A stretch of 64,000 bases of DNA. Source: a virus (Duplodnaviria; Caudoviricetes). Below are positions 1-10,600 of this stretch, one piece after another (position 1 is the stretch's first letter; every line of letters begins with the position of its first letter). The DNA lies in IMG/VR virus record IMGVR_UViG_3300042402_006309, positions 1,887 through 65,886 of that record, one strand, 5' to 3'. Under the pieces are notes generated by a model that made no database searches, had not been told where the DNA came from, and saw only the letters and a program-made list of their open reading frames with translations. The position numbers and the translations under genes were made by a program.

Positions 1-1428
1 TGCTGGATCTAATGGATCTAATGGATCTAAGCTCTCTGGATAGTAGGATGTTGTCGTCACTTGCCAAGAATCCGGATTGGTTGGATCACCCGTGCCAGTC
101 CAGTTTTTTGTAATAGTTAGGTTCTCTTCTTCTCCTGGAATGAGAGTGCTTTGCGAGATGGAGACAAGCTGGCCTGCGACAAATGATTCCACGGTGCTAT
201 CACTGGCTGTGACAGTGGTGACGGTCTTTTTTGCCTGTTCCCTTTCATCCAGCTTGAGATCCTTCCATCCCGAATATTCCGCGATAATGGAGACAGGATT
301 TTCGAGTGAGACGTTGTATTCGTGGAAATTCCATGATCCGTCCGGATGATTCGTTGATTTAAGACGTCCGTGTTTTGCGGGATTTTCTGTATCCATGTAA
401 TACTCATACGTTGTTGTTTGCTCTGATTGACCGGAAATATCATAGGCATCGATTTTCTGAACGAGGCGCTTCATTCCCTGTTCACCACCGGTTTCGGAAG
501 AGGTTGAGAAATCGTCGTAATTCTCCAATGATTTTGCCGTCAGGACGAGATCGCCTTGAGTGGATGCGGTTCTGACTTCACGAATAACGGTATAGTCCCA
601 TTGCTTCGCACCAGGAATCCTAATGTAAGTCAGTTTTTCCTCGGACAAAGGATTGCCGGTGGCTCCCTCGCCGGAATAAAGCCTGAAGAAATCTACCTGA
701 TTTCCATCGTTGTCGGTTTCCTCGCTTATCTTGCTGGTGATGATGCGTGTTCCAGAACCAGTTCTTTCTACCTGGATGTATAGCAATTTGTCTTCAGGGT
801 TTCCTGTGGCTGGATCTTTGAAAGTGACGTCCGTGAGTGGATATACTGATTGCGAGGTGAATCCCGCGGTAACATAGTAACCTCCGGATTTGGATAGCAC
901 AGAGGCATCGCGCTTCCAAACGCGGAGACGCCAGCCGGTCTCAGGCGGTGTAAGCTGCTCAATGAGGGTAAATGCGTCATCAGTGAGTATCTGGTGAATA
1001 TATTCGGTACCGTTTGCTGCGGTCTTCCTCAGTGTCTCGTAAATAGCCTCAGACTGAAGAAACAAGCATGATGGATGAAGGGTGGCACTGGAGACTCTAG
1101 GTTGAGACAGTCTAAGAATGACTTGTTTCTGCTGCAATGGATCAGAAGAAAAATACCGGTCGTAGATCTGTTTGAAGGTAGGAAGGTTGCCACTGGATTC
1201 GAAGGCGGAATGTCCTAATTCGGAGAGTGAGGATGGTTTCGCATAGCGGGCTAGACCGACGCTGATATCCCACCTGATGCTTCCCCCGCTAGGCGCACCA
1301 GAGCCCCCAGTGCCATTCTTTTCGCAATCGTTCGGTGTATCGGTGGGGGTGCCTCCGGGCGGATTGACGCCCCAGGCCGGGGTAGTGACAAGCAGGGCGG
1401 CGAGTAGGAAATAACGGAGCGGAGACAT
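1..1428 (-). CDS. Secreted Rhs/YD-like protein, N-terminal part (runs off the left edge)
   Basis: Not in the ORF track because there is no stop in the window. Manual translation from ATG 1428 gives a signal peptide MSPLRYFLLAALLVTTPAWG. The same frame is open at the left end and reads ...LKSTNHPDGSWNFHEY...WQVTTTSYYPESLDPLDPLDPA, beta-rich and YD-like. The middle was not fully translated. Confidence 0.65.
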   Translation of the reverse strand, partial: MSPLRYFLLAALLVTTPAWGVNPPGGTPTDTPNDCEKNGTGGSGAPSGGSIRWDISVGLARYAKPSSLSELGHSAFESSGNLPTFKQIYDRYFSSDPLQQKQVILRLSQPRVSSATLHPSCLFLQSEAIYETLRKTAANGTEYIHQILTDDAFTLIEQLTPPETGWRLRVWKRDASVLSKSGGYYVTAGFTSQSVYPLTDVTFKDPATGNPEDKLLYIQVERTGSGTRIITSKISEETDNDGNQVDFFRLYSGEGATGNPLSEEKLTYIRIPGAKQWDYTVIREVRTASTQGDLVLTAKSLENYDDFSTSSETGGEQGMKRLVQKIDAYDISGQSEQTTTYEYYMDTENPAKHGRLKSTNHPDGSWNFHEYNVSLENPVSIIAEYSGWKDLKLDEREQAKKTVTTVTASDSTVESFVAGQLVSISQSTLIPGEEENLTITKNWTGTGDPTNPDSWQVTTTSYYPESLDPLDPLDPA

Positions 1429-1462
1429 GGCGATGACGGATGGGTTGGAGTTTTTTTGTGAG

Positions 1463-2455
1463 TTATTCGGAAGGGGCGGGGCTGTCGGCGCGTGCAATGC
1501 TGCTAGATAGGGAGCGGTGGGCGTCGCGGGCCGCATAGGAAAGCTCCGGGAAGGTCTCGATGATCCGTTGGAGCGCTTCGAGGTCGGCGGCTTCGCCGCA
1601 CTGGCCGATGGCGGCGATAGCGGGCAGGCGCAGTGAGGACTGTCCGGTTTCCGAAAAGGCGATGCCGCGCAGAATCGGGCGGAACTCGTCTGGGGCGACC
1701 ACTCCGGCGGCATGGACGGCGGAGACGCGCACTGGATTGGCCAGCTTGCTGCCGTCGCGCAGCGCCTCGGCCAGCCATGGTTTGAGCGTGGATATGGCGG
1801 AGGAGCAATCTACGCCACCCGGACCGCGGGCGAGCGAGGTGAGCATCATGAGGGTGGTGCCGGGGATGGTGCTCTGGGAATGGGCAGGATCCATGGCGGC
1901 GGCGGCGAGGCGGTCTAGCACGAGAGCGGCGGTTTCCGGTGAAGGCTTGGCGGCGGAGGCTGGCGCGGCTTGTGAGGAGCGCGGATTGAGCCAGGATGCC
2001 AGATGTTGGACGGCATAGTCGCGTAGCACGGGCGGCTGGCGGGTGTCATCGAGGATGTCGAGCAGGCGTGTGGAGAAGCGCTGCTGATCGGGATCGCGCA
2101 GCCGGAGCTGCTCCATGAGATCGTTGGCAATCACATACCAATGTTCGGACAGTTCGCCGGCGGCCGGGCCGCGTGCGAGCATTTGATACATGTCGCGGAT
2201 CTCGCTCTCGTCGCACTCGGAGCGGAGGGAAGAGCGCAGGAAGTCAATGCGTGCCTGCCACGGTTTTCCCGGGTCAAGGACGGCTTCGAGGCGGGAGGGT
2301 GCGGGGCTTTCCTGATTGCTAACGGACTTGGATTTCGCAGGCGTGGCGGGAAGTTCCTGCGCCGGCCCGGGACGGCTGGTTTTCCATGCGAAGAAGCCGG
2401 CCGCGCCGAGCAGGACGGCGGCGGATACAGTCAGGGCGTGACGTTTGGCGGGCAT
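1463..2455 (-). CDS. Membrane-anchored HEAT-repeat-like protein
   Basis: N-terminal hydrophobic anchor; helical repeats LRDYAVQHL, VRVSAVHAAG, LRLPAIAAIG. Confidence 0.75.
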   Translation of the reverse strand: MPAKRHALTVSAAVLLGAAGFFAWKTSRPGPAQELPATPAKSKSVSNQESPAPSRLEAVLDPGKPWQARIDFLRSSLRSECDESEIRDMYQMLARGPAAGELSEHWYVIANDLMEQLRLRDPDQQRFSTRLLDILDDTRQPPVLRDYAVQHLASWLNPRSSQAAPASAAKPSPETAALVLDRLAAAAMDPAHSQSTIPGTTLMMLTSLARGPGGVDCSSAISTLKPWLAEALRDGSKLANPVRVSAVHAAGVVAPDEFRPILRGIAFSETGQSSLRLPAIAAIGQCGEAADLEALQRIIETFPELSYAARDAHRSLSSSIARADSPAPSE

Positions 2456-2480
2456 GGATTGGCGGGCATGGATTGGCGGA
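2445..2480. repeat. 14-bp tandem repeat TTGGCGGGCATGGA x2.5 over the start codon
   Basis: Copies at 2445, 2459 and a partial copy at 2473. Confidence 0.8.
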
Positions 2481-2521
2481 CGGTGCGGTAACCGGCGGTG
2501 GATTCCGGATTGCGGGATGGC

Positions 2522-5500
2522 TCAGCGGGTTCCGAGGTATTCCCCGTTGCGGTCGAAGACGGAAAGGGCGTGGCAATAGCCGCCGGCAACGCCGATGGGG
2601 AAGAGGAACTGGAGGTTGACGCAGCCGTTGGTCAGATCGGCTGGCTGGATGACGCGCAGGTAGCTGCCGTCGGGGAACATGACGCCACCCCGGTAGATGT
2701 TGGCTTCAATGCGCGCTCCTTCCGGCAGGTTGGTGACGGTCAGCGGACTGTTATAGATCTTGTAGCCGATGATGCCGCTCAACCCTGGGGAGGTCATGTC
2801 GTTCTGGACGGCGTCTGATAGCCCGATGACGTTTACCCGTAGCATGGCGAGGATCGGGCCGCCTGTTCCAAGGCGGGCGGCGACGCCGAAGTGACGCGGG
2901 GCGAAGGTGTTCATCGTGAGGCTTGCGGTAGTGGATGTAGGCCGCCCCACGGCCAGGAGGCAGATATCCGCAGGGGCTTCGAATGCAATTTCAGAATCGG
3001 CCGCGCAGGTGATGGTGCGGGACATCGCGTCAAGGACGTCGATTTCTCCGCTTGGGAATGCGGGCGCGCCACAAACGATGACGGTGAGCGTGCCGCTCGT
3101 GCTGTTGGCAAGGGTGCCGGTGAAGGTGAAGGTGCCCGGCGAGGAAAACGCCACGACGACGGACTGGAGGCCTGTCAGGTTCCATGAGCCGCCTGCGGTA
3201 GAGGCGAGCGTGGCGGTCATGGAAGGATCTCCGTTCCATGCGCCGACGCGCAGCGAGTCGCCCTGGCGGATGACAAGCGTTTCGGCGTCGAGGGTGTTGG
3301 TGGCCTGCCATGTGAACGAGCCGGTCATGCCATAGCCGGACTCAAACTGGATCGAGTGGGCTTGCGGGCCGTCCTGGGCGGCAAGCGTGACGTTCGCGAA
3401 CCAATGTCCGTCGCCCAGCCCCTCGCTGGCGGCCACGCCGTTGACCGTGACCGACTCCTCGTCACGGGCGTAGCCTTCAAGGAATGCGGGCGAGGTGCGG
3501 CTGTTTTCGGCGTGGTCCACGACGCGGTTGTCGCGTGCCAGCAGCGCGGTGGCATTGGCGGGAGCGAGGATTTTCAGCGAGACCAGACGCACCGTGCGGC
3601 GGGCGAACATGTTGTCCACCAGAATCGAAATCTGGTGGTTTCCCGCGTCAAGAAACGGTGTGAGTGTCTGGAGGATGGCGAACTTGCCGGAGCCGAAGTG
3701 CAGTGAGCGCCGGGATACGATTTTGCCATCCACCTTGATCAGCATCGATACGGTCTCGTTGTTGTAGGTGGAACCCATCAACTCGGCGCTCAGGCGCAAC
3801 AACCAGTTGCCGGCGGTAGGCACGCTGAAGTTCCAAGTCACCTCGCCCCGGAAACTGTTCGGGAGAAGGCCGCCGGAGGTGCTGATCCAATTGGTGGAGG
3901 AGCTGACGAAGGAGCCGAGGTTGATCTCGCCGAGCAGGGTGTCGTTGATGGAATCGGCGACCAGGGCGTTGGAGCCAAGAGCGTTGACCTCGTCATTGTC
4001 GCTTTCGCCGTCGCCATCGGTGTCGGTATTGGCCGGATTGGTGTTGAGGACATATTCTTCGCGGTTGGTCAGGCCGTCTCCATCGAAGTCGCCGAACTCA
4101 CCCTCGCGGGCAATATCGAAGCCACCGGCATCCGTCGCGCTGAGTCCGTATTGGATTTCCCATGCATCGGGCAGGTCGTCGTCGAGGTCGTCCGGAGTCG
4201 GGACGTAGGAACTCAGACAGGCGGACGGAATGGGCTGGCGCGTGCCTCCGCGCTTGGCCCAGGCGATACTGACGTGACTGTAGCCGGAGTGGCCGAATTG
4301 ATAGTCGGATTCCATGAAATAGGGATTTCCCGCTTCGAGATAGACCTCCCGGCTCATCTGGAAGGCATAACTGTCCCACAGGGCCGGGGAATCCATCGGC
4401 ATCCCGTGGCCGGAACCGAGATCCCCAGACAGGCCGCAGAGATATTCTTTGTGATATTTGTTTCCCGCCACGGTGGACAGCCACAGCTCGGCGGCCTCGC
4501 CGGAACTGATCCAGAACCGATACCAGCCGCTTTCCTGCGGGGTGACGAATCCGCGGATGCGTCCCGCAATGAAGCGTGTAAGCCCGCCGCTCAGTGATCC
4601 AGCCTGCACGGTGTTTTCCTGCGGAGGCTGGAAATAACGGACATCCTTGCGAGTCCTGAGCAGCGTGTAATGCGGCATGTCCGTCCAAGTGGAGCGCAAC
4701 AGTCCCGGAGATGTCTGGTTCCAGGGCGGCAGCATGTCGAAAGTGACCAAGCTCAGCGCAACCGGCCCCACGCCCGGCGCGTTCTGCCAGAGCGCGATGT
4801 TGAACGTGTCCCCGGGGTTTCCGGTAAGATCGAAGAAAACCATGTCCGGCACGCCGTCTCGTGTCAGCGGAGCCGAGAAGACAGTGCCTGTGTCGTTGTG
4901 ATAGACCGTGATATAATTAGGCGCGTAGGTGCCGGAAGCCACCGAATCCACCGCCAGACCGATGCGGAAACCGGCGCTCGCGCCCAGGCTGAATTGAAAC
5001 ACATTGCCCCAGTTGCCGCTCCCGCCCGGAGAGGTGCCGGGATAGGGGGTGGCGATGGAGAGCGCGCCCTGCTGGCGCAGGTTCACCCCGTCCGCCGCAC
5101 GATAGATCGAATAGCTGGGAAAGTTCACATAAGTGCCGGCCCATCCGCGCGGATTTTCCGCCAGGAACGACGGCTTCACGTGCGCGGTGGTCTCCTGCCC
5201 GGCTGGCGGCGGCATGCTGGCCAGGGTGATTCCAAGGTCATTGGCATCCGGAGCACCCTCGTAAAGAACCGCTCCCGTGTTGGGGACGAGTTGATAGTAT
5301 CCCGCGGTGCCGTATTTCTCCGTCACGCCGATGTCAAAGTTCTTGGCGACCCAGCCATTCGTCCAGTTTTCAACCGCGTAACCGGTGCCGGGGCCGCCAA
5401 CCTCGGTGCCGACATAGGTGATGCTCGCGGCCTGAGAGCCAGCGCATAGGGCCATGACGGCGACACTGCCAAGCAATGCGGAAATGAGATCAGGCTTCAT
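2522..5500 (-). CDS. Secreted PA14-domain protein with Ca-binding DxDGDG (TSP3-like) repeats
   Basis: Signal peptide MKPDLISALLGSVAVMALCAGSQAA; PA14-like RIRGFVTPQESGWYRFWISSGEAAELWLS; DFDGDGLTNREEY and DTDGDGESD. Confidence 0.8.
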   Translation of the reverse strand: MKPDLISALLGSVAVMALCAGSQAASITYVGTEVGGPGTGYAVENWTNGWVAKNFDIGVTEKYGTAGYYQLVPNTGAVLYEGAPDANDLGITLASMPPPAGQETTAHVKPSFLAENPRGWAGTYVNFPSYSIYRAADGVNLRQQGALSIATPYPGTSPGGSGNWGNVFQFSLGASAGFRIGLAVDSVASGTYAPNYITVYHNDTGTVFSAPLTRDGVPDMVFFDLTGNPGDTFNIALWQNAPGVGPVALSLVTFDMLPPWNQTSPGLLRSTWTDMPHYTLLRTRKDVRYFQPPQENTVQAGSLSGGLTRFIAGRIRGFVTPQESGWYRFWISSGEAAELWLSTVAGNKYHKEYLCGLSGDLGSGHGMPMDSPALWDSYAFQMSREVYLEAGNPYFMESDYQFGHSGYSHVSIAWAKRGGTRQPIPSACLSSYVPTPDDLDDDLPDAWEIQYGLSATDAGGFDIAREGEFGDFDGDGLTNREEYVLNTNPANTDTDGDGESDNDEVNALGSNALVADSINDTLLGEINLGSFVSSSTNWISTSGGLLPNSFRGEVTWNFSVPTAGNWLLRLSAELMGSTYNNETVSMLIKVDGKIVSRRSLHFGSGKFAILQTLTPFLDAGNHQISILVDNMFARRTVRLVSLKILAPANATALLARDNRVVDHAENSRTSPAFLEGYARDEESVTVNGVAASEGLGDGHWFANVTLAAQDGPQAHSIQFESGYGMTGSFTWQATNTLDAETLVIRQGDSLRVGAWNGDPSMTATLASTAGGSWNLTGLQSVVVAFSSPGTFTFTGTLANSTSGTLTVIVCGAPAFPSGEIDVLDAMSRTITCAADSEIAFEAPADICLLAVGRPTSTTASLTMNTFAPRHFGVAARLGTGGPILAMLRVNVIGLSDAVQNDMTSPGLSGIIGYKIYNSPLTVTNLPEGARIEANIYRGGVMFPDGSYLRVIQPADLTNGCVNLQFLFPIGVAGGYCHALSVFDRNGEYLGTR

Positions 5501-6313
5501 GGGTTTTCGGGTTGTTCGTGTTTGGATGTGAATCATCAATCAGGGCCAAAAGAGAAACCGCGGGCGCGCTGGAATGACCCGCGAAAGGCAGGCGGCGGCC
5601 CGGCAAGTGCCGGCGATCCGGGCACGCATGGATATTCCATGGACCGGCGGTGCCGACGGATGTGACAACCCAAGCCTCGCGGCCGGAGTGTGGAGCGGCG
5701 ACATGCCGCGCGCCTTCCCGGCGTCTCGGGGAATTATTGGGGAAATTGCGGCAGCCGCGCTCCGCAGCGGAAAATCTGCTGCTAGAAGCCCGAAGCCCGA
5801 ACGGGTTTCTAACTTAGAAGCGGCACGCATTACTTCAAAAATCAAACGGACGTAAATCTAGCAAGAAAATTTCAAAAAATTTCGGTGTCGGCGCATTTAT
5901 CCTGCTAGATAAGGATTTCTCACTCATTCGCCCATGCGGTACGTTAGATTGGAGGCGGATAAGCAGGACATGTGAAATATACAAATCGCAAGTAATGCTA
6001 AACAAATCGTAAAATATGCGCAGATTCGCCACATTGAACCGCTTGCCGAAGCCGTTGGAAGTCGAGCGACGACAACCCGCATTCCGCCCGCCAAGGGGAC
6101 TCCATGAAAGCGCTCAAGGCCATTCCCGGTAGGAAGTCGGCCTGACTGGTCAGGTTTTCATCCATCCTTCACACCTCTGCCAAATCGGTGATTCGGGTCA
6201 AGATCCGATTGCTGCGCTGATGAATTTCCCTTAGCCTCTCGCATCGCAAGAATCGATCCGCATCCCTGACCGAGTGTCCGATCCCGACTCGCCATGATCA
6301 CATATTCCGATTC

Positions 6314-7027
6314 ATGAAACCCAGAGCGCTTACTTGCCGGTGCATTCATGCGATAGTTCTCGTAGCAATCGCTTTAATCACCCCCGCCGCCGGGGCGCTT
6401 TCCTTCACGCTCACCTCGTCGCAAGTGGTTCACGAGTTCACTCCCAGCTGGTCCTTTACCATTCCAGGCGATCCGCCAAGACAGTTTACTGTCGCTCCTC
6501 AGGCAACGGATACTGTCACGTTCGATGCCACCGGCATATCACTCAGTGCGGACGGCACCACCTCTTTCGAAATCATTCTCACCGCGCCCGCCGGATTACT
6601 CTTCACAATCAATCCCGGGTTAAACCAATGGCAATTTGGATTTAGCCTCACATTCTCCGATGAAGGCCTCGATGCCATCTACGCTAACCTCACGGTGATG
6701 CTCCTCGATGTTTCATCCGGCACCGCGCCGGAACTCGGCATCAGCGCTCCGGGTGGCAGGGGAAGCGGAACCACCCTCATGGGGCGCTCATTCGATGGCC
6801 CGTTCGACGTCTTCGCCTTTAGTGGTCTCCGCATCGCCGGCGACATCACACCGATCTCCGCCGCCCCTATCACGCTGGAATCCGCTTCCTTTAGTTTCTA
6901 TACCCGTGACCTCTCCGCCGATGTGGACCCCGGCGATGCACTCCGCATCGTCCCGATTCCCGAACCTGCCTTTGGACTCTATTGCCTCCCCGTCATCGGA
7001 CTGCTCTTCAAAAGACGAAAGACCTGA
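6314..7027 (+). CDS. PEP-CTERM sorting-domain surface protein
   Basis: Signal peptide; C-terminus IPEP + hydrophobic stretch + KRRKT. Confidence 0.9.
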   Translation: MKPRALTCRCIHAIVLVAIALITPAAGALSFTLTSSQVVHEFTPSWSFTIPGDPPRQFTVAPQATDTVTFDATGISLSADGTTSFEIILTAPAGLLFTINPGLNQWQFGFSLTFSDEGLDAIYANLTVMLLDVSSGTAPELGISAPGGRGSGTTLMGRSFDGPFDVFAFSGLRIAGDITPISAAPITLESASFSFYTRDLSADVDPGDALRIVPIPEPAFGLYCLPVIGLLFKRRKT

Positions 7028-7223
7028 GCACGCTTTCTTTAGCGAGCCGTGTCCCCGACAGAATCCCGATCTTTAAGCAATTTTACAATTCTTGGAACGT
7101 AAGCAATGTATTAGTCCTTAGCCAAGTCTTCACTGAGCATGTTGCCGTCGTCAGAGTGTTTTATATTCAGGTCCGCATGCTTTGATCTAAAATAGGTTGG
7201 CACATACGGTTCACCGCACCTCA

Positions 7224-7598
7224 TTAAAATTCGGCGAGGATTTCTTGAATCTCACGGCCCGTTTTTGCAGTTCTGGACAAATACATCTCAGAAAAACTCT
7301 TCGCCAAATCTCGATTGGGCATGACGACATCATAGAAATGCGCAAGATCTTCAATTACCTCCAAATCTTCGCAATTTATTTCATGTGCTTGAAGCAGATG
7401 CTTCTCAGCTTCTTCAAGCCCTCCTTCCCTATCAATTTCACTTAGCTGAATAAGACGCGCCTTCATTAGCAACAGATATGGGGAAATTTGGTTTCTTTTT
7501 GAAAGATCGTCCAATAATTCGAGAGCATCGTCGTATCGACGCTCTCGCATTAATATCTTAATTTCAGAAAGCAACTGAATATCTTTTGATGTGCTCAT
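7224..7598 (-). CDS. Putative immunity protein (TPR-like)
   Basis: AT-rich small helical ORF immediately after the Rhs stop (ATG 7598; alternative start 7616). Confidence 0.75.
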   Translation of the reverse strand: MSTSKDIQLLSEIKILMRERRYDDALELLDDLSKRNQISPYLLLMKARLIQLSEIDREGGLEEAEKHLLQAHEINCEDLEVIEDLAHFYDVVMPNRDLAKSFSEMYLSRTAKTGREIQEILAEF

Positions 7599-7602
7599 TG
7601 AG

Positions 7603-10600
7603 TTATTTTCCTCCACATTTACCCATTAATCGCTCTTCTTCCTTGATCAACTTTAGCATCTGCTGCGCCGCTCGTCTTGCCGCCTTGTCTCCGTACTTAG
7701 CTAATCTAATTACTTCAGCGTAAGTTTTTTCGGCAAGCTCGCTTCTATATGATTTCGACCGCTTGAGCGTAGCGCGAACTAGATTTCCAACAGGTGTTTT
7801 TAATCGGCTGATGGCCGTCCTACATGCTGCTGCCTGAGCTCCTTCAGTTCCTGCCATGATGGACTCCAAAGCAGCAATGTCACCTTGAGCTATCGCAGAA
7901 GTAATGCCTGTCGTAACTGAATCCACTTCAAGTCCAAATGGGTCAGTGAACTGGGCTGGGTTTCCTCTAACATACCTATAAAGATTGATATCCGCATCTT
8001 CCCCGATGGGGTCAATGCTAAGCCATCTGCCGAATTCTGGATCGTAAACCCTGAAGAAAGTCATCACCATTTCTGTCTGGCCTGCAACGGGACTGGGTAG
8101 CGTGTGGTGACCGGTATAGCCGATGTCGCATCCTCCGGTGTATGTGGTGGCTTGGTATTGGGTGCTGCGTTTGCCGTATGGATCGAAGTCGTATCTTGCG
8201 AGCAGATTCCCATCGGAGTTGACGACTTCACGGACGCTTCCGAGATGGTCGCGGCAGTAGTGAAGGTTGTCCCAAGTGGTGCCATTGTGGCGTTGCTCAC
8301 CTTGATCGAAGTAACGGCGGTCGATGTTGCTGGCGGCGGTGCCGCCGGTGTAGCGGTTCACTAGCTCGATGCCGTCGAGGAGGAAATAATGATAGGCGGT
8401 GACACTGCCGCTGGTTTTCTCGATCTGCTCACTGCGCTGGCCTAGGGCGTTATATCTGAATTCCGTAGTTTTTCCTGTGGTCCAAGTGATTTTTGTCAAA
8501 CGCGATTGGCTGTCCCACTCGTAGGAGCGGATGCCATCACTGAGCAGGTTGCCGTCGTCATCGTGAGAGAAACTGCGCGACGCGGCGGAGGCGACATCTA
8601 TCGCGAAAACGTAATCGGAACGGTTGTAATTGCCATCCAGAGCTGTGACGCTGATGGAGTTGTTTCCTACTTGGAGTGGCAGTTCGGTCTCGAAGCGATT
8701 GTCCTGGATCATGCGGGCGGGTTTGTCGCCCTGGCCGACGATACCGACAGAGGCTTTCCCGGGTTCATCGAGCGTGCCGCGGATGGTAGTGGGACCGCCG
8801 CCGCCGAAGCTGTTGATTTGGTTGAGAGAGTTGTGACCGCGGTTGGTGATGGCGGCCAGGTTGGCGGGACCGGTGCTAGTTTGGACTGAGGCGATGTTCC
8901 CGGCTGGGTCGTAGGAGTAGTCCCAAGCGCCTTGAATTACCCCGGCGAGGGTCTTCTCGGCGACAGAGGCGAGTTGTGAGGCGAAGTCATGGCGGGTGCT
9001 CCATTCGAATGAACGGGTAACACCAGAGGGGTTGGCGAGGATGGCTTCGCGTTTCCATGAGTCGATCCTGCCCAGGCTGTCATAACCGTAGGTATGCTTG
9101 GCGATGATATTGCCTCCAGGGAGTTTCGACGTGATGGTTTCCAGTGCCTGTCGCTGGTCGTCATCGTACCAGGTAAGCAGAGTGTCAAAGCCGGAATAGG
9201 GCGTGCCGTTGGCAAGTCCATTCGTGTGGATGATGGAGTCGGGTTTGGAAGACTCGCCGGTGTAGTTGTGGGTGAAAAGGCCGAGCGTGTTGGTGACGCT
9301 GGCTATCCTACCCAGCGAGTCAGTTACAGTTTCAGTAACGACGCTTCCGGGGGTGGTGCGAGTCACCTTGCGGAGAGCGTCGTTGTAAACCCATGAAATC
9401 GTGTCGTCGGTCCAAGGACCGTCGATTTCCTTAATTCTGCCCAACAGGTCGTGCTCGAAGTCATGTGCCTGCATGGATTGATCCGCAGGCGTGTGTTCGA
9501 TCCGCTCAATGCGGTCCCAGTTGTCGTAGATGTAATCGGTAGTGAAATCCGGAGCGTCAATGTAGTCGATTCGAGAGTGGGCATCGTAGTAAAACCAAGT
9601 GGTCTGCTGCCTTCGGTTCACGATGCGTTCCATCTGTTCGGCGTTCTGCCAGTAGATGTTTTCCTCAGACAAATTAGGGAAAATCTTTTTGGAGATGCGT
9701 CCGAAGTCATCATATTCCCACGTCGTTTCATTTTTGTTGGCATCTGTGAGAGTTTGCAGGCGTGATGCCCCGTCATAGCCGAATCGGGTCACGCGTCCCG
9801 CCGTGTCGGTGACACGGGTTGGCAGCCCACGTCCGTCATGCGCGAACACGGTTCTTTCGAGCATCCTGTCCCCGCCGCCGGTGATTTTGCCAGAACGGAT
9901 TTCCCCGATGTGGCAGCATTCCCAAATTCTCTCAATGAATGAATCGTCGGGATGCTCCTCACGGGTCAGGCGGTTGAGATCGTCGTAATCAAGAGTCACG
10001 AAATACCCGGCGGCATCCAGAGTGGAGCGGAGCCGCCCCTCCAAATCGTAGGCGGTTGTGAATACCGTCTGGTTGTTGATTTTGATGCCGGCTGGCCTCC
10101 AGTTGGAGTCGTAATCGTAGGTGATGACATCGGATGAAGAACCGATCGTGATCGTGTTCGGCATTCCGTTGGTGTGCCAAGTGTAGGTCAGTGTGCGGCC
10201 GAGCGCGTCGGTGACGACGTGGGGATCGCGGTTTGCATAGTAGGTAATGTCCAGCAAGGTTTTTTCAACGCCTCCTTGATCTCGTTTGATCGTGCGGAGA
10301 TCCTTGCCGTTGGCTGCGTAAGTGAAACGGATTTCGTAATCGGTATCAGGGTCGCCGTAAGATTTAGGAAGCCGAACCCATTCCAGTCGTCCTGCACCCG
10401 CGCCTGATGAGTAATATCCGCGCCAAGTAGTTTCACCAGTGGCGTCGGTGAACTCGGTGTCTTGTCGGCTGATGGAATCGTGGGAGTATGCTTGATAAAC
10501 TCCGATGTTTTCCTGAGGAGACACCATTCGTGCCCGATTCACCTTGCCCCGGCCTTCTACTAGCCCCTGGCCATATTCCGTGTAGGGACCACTCCAGCCT

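Noticed and set aside
4-30. TGGATCTAA x3 tandem repeat
   Set aside because: In-frame 9-mer encoding LDP x3 in the minus-strand ORF; no evidence of another function
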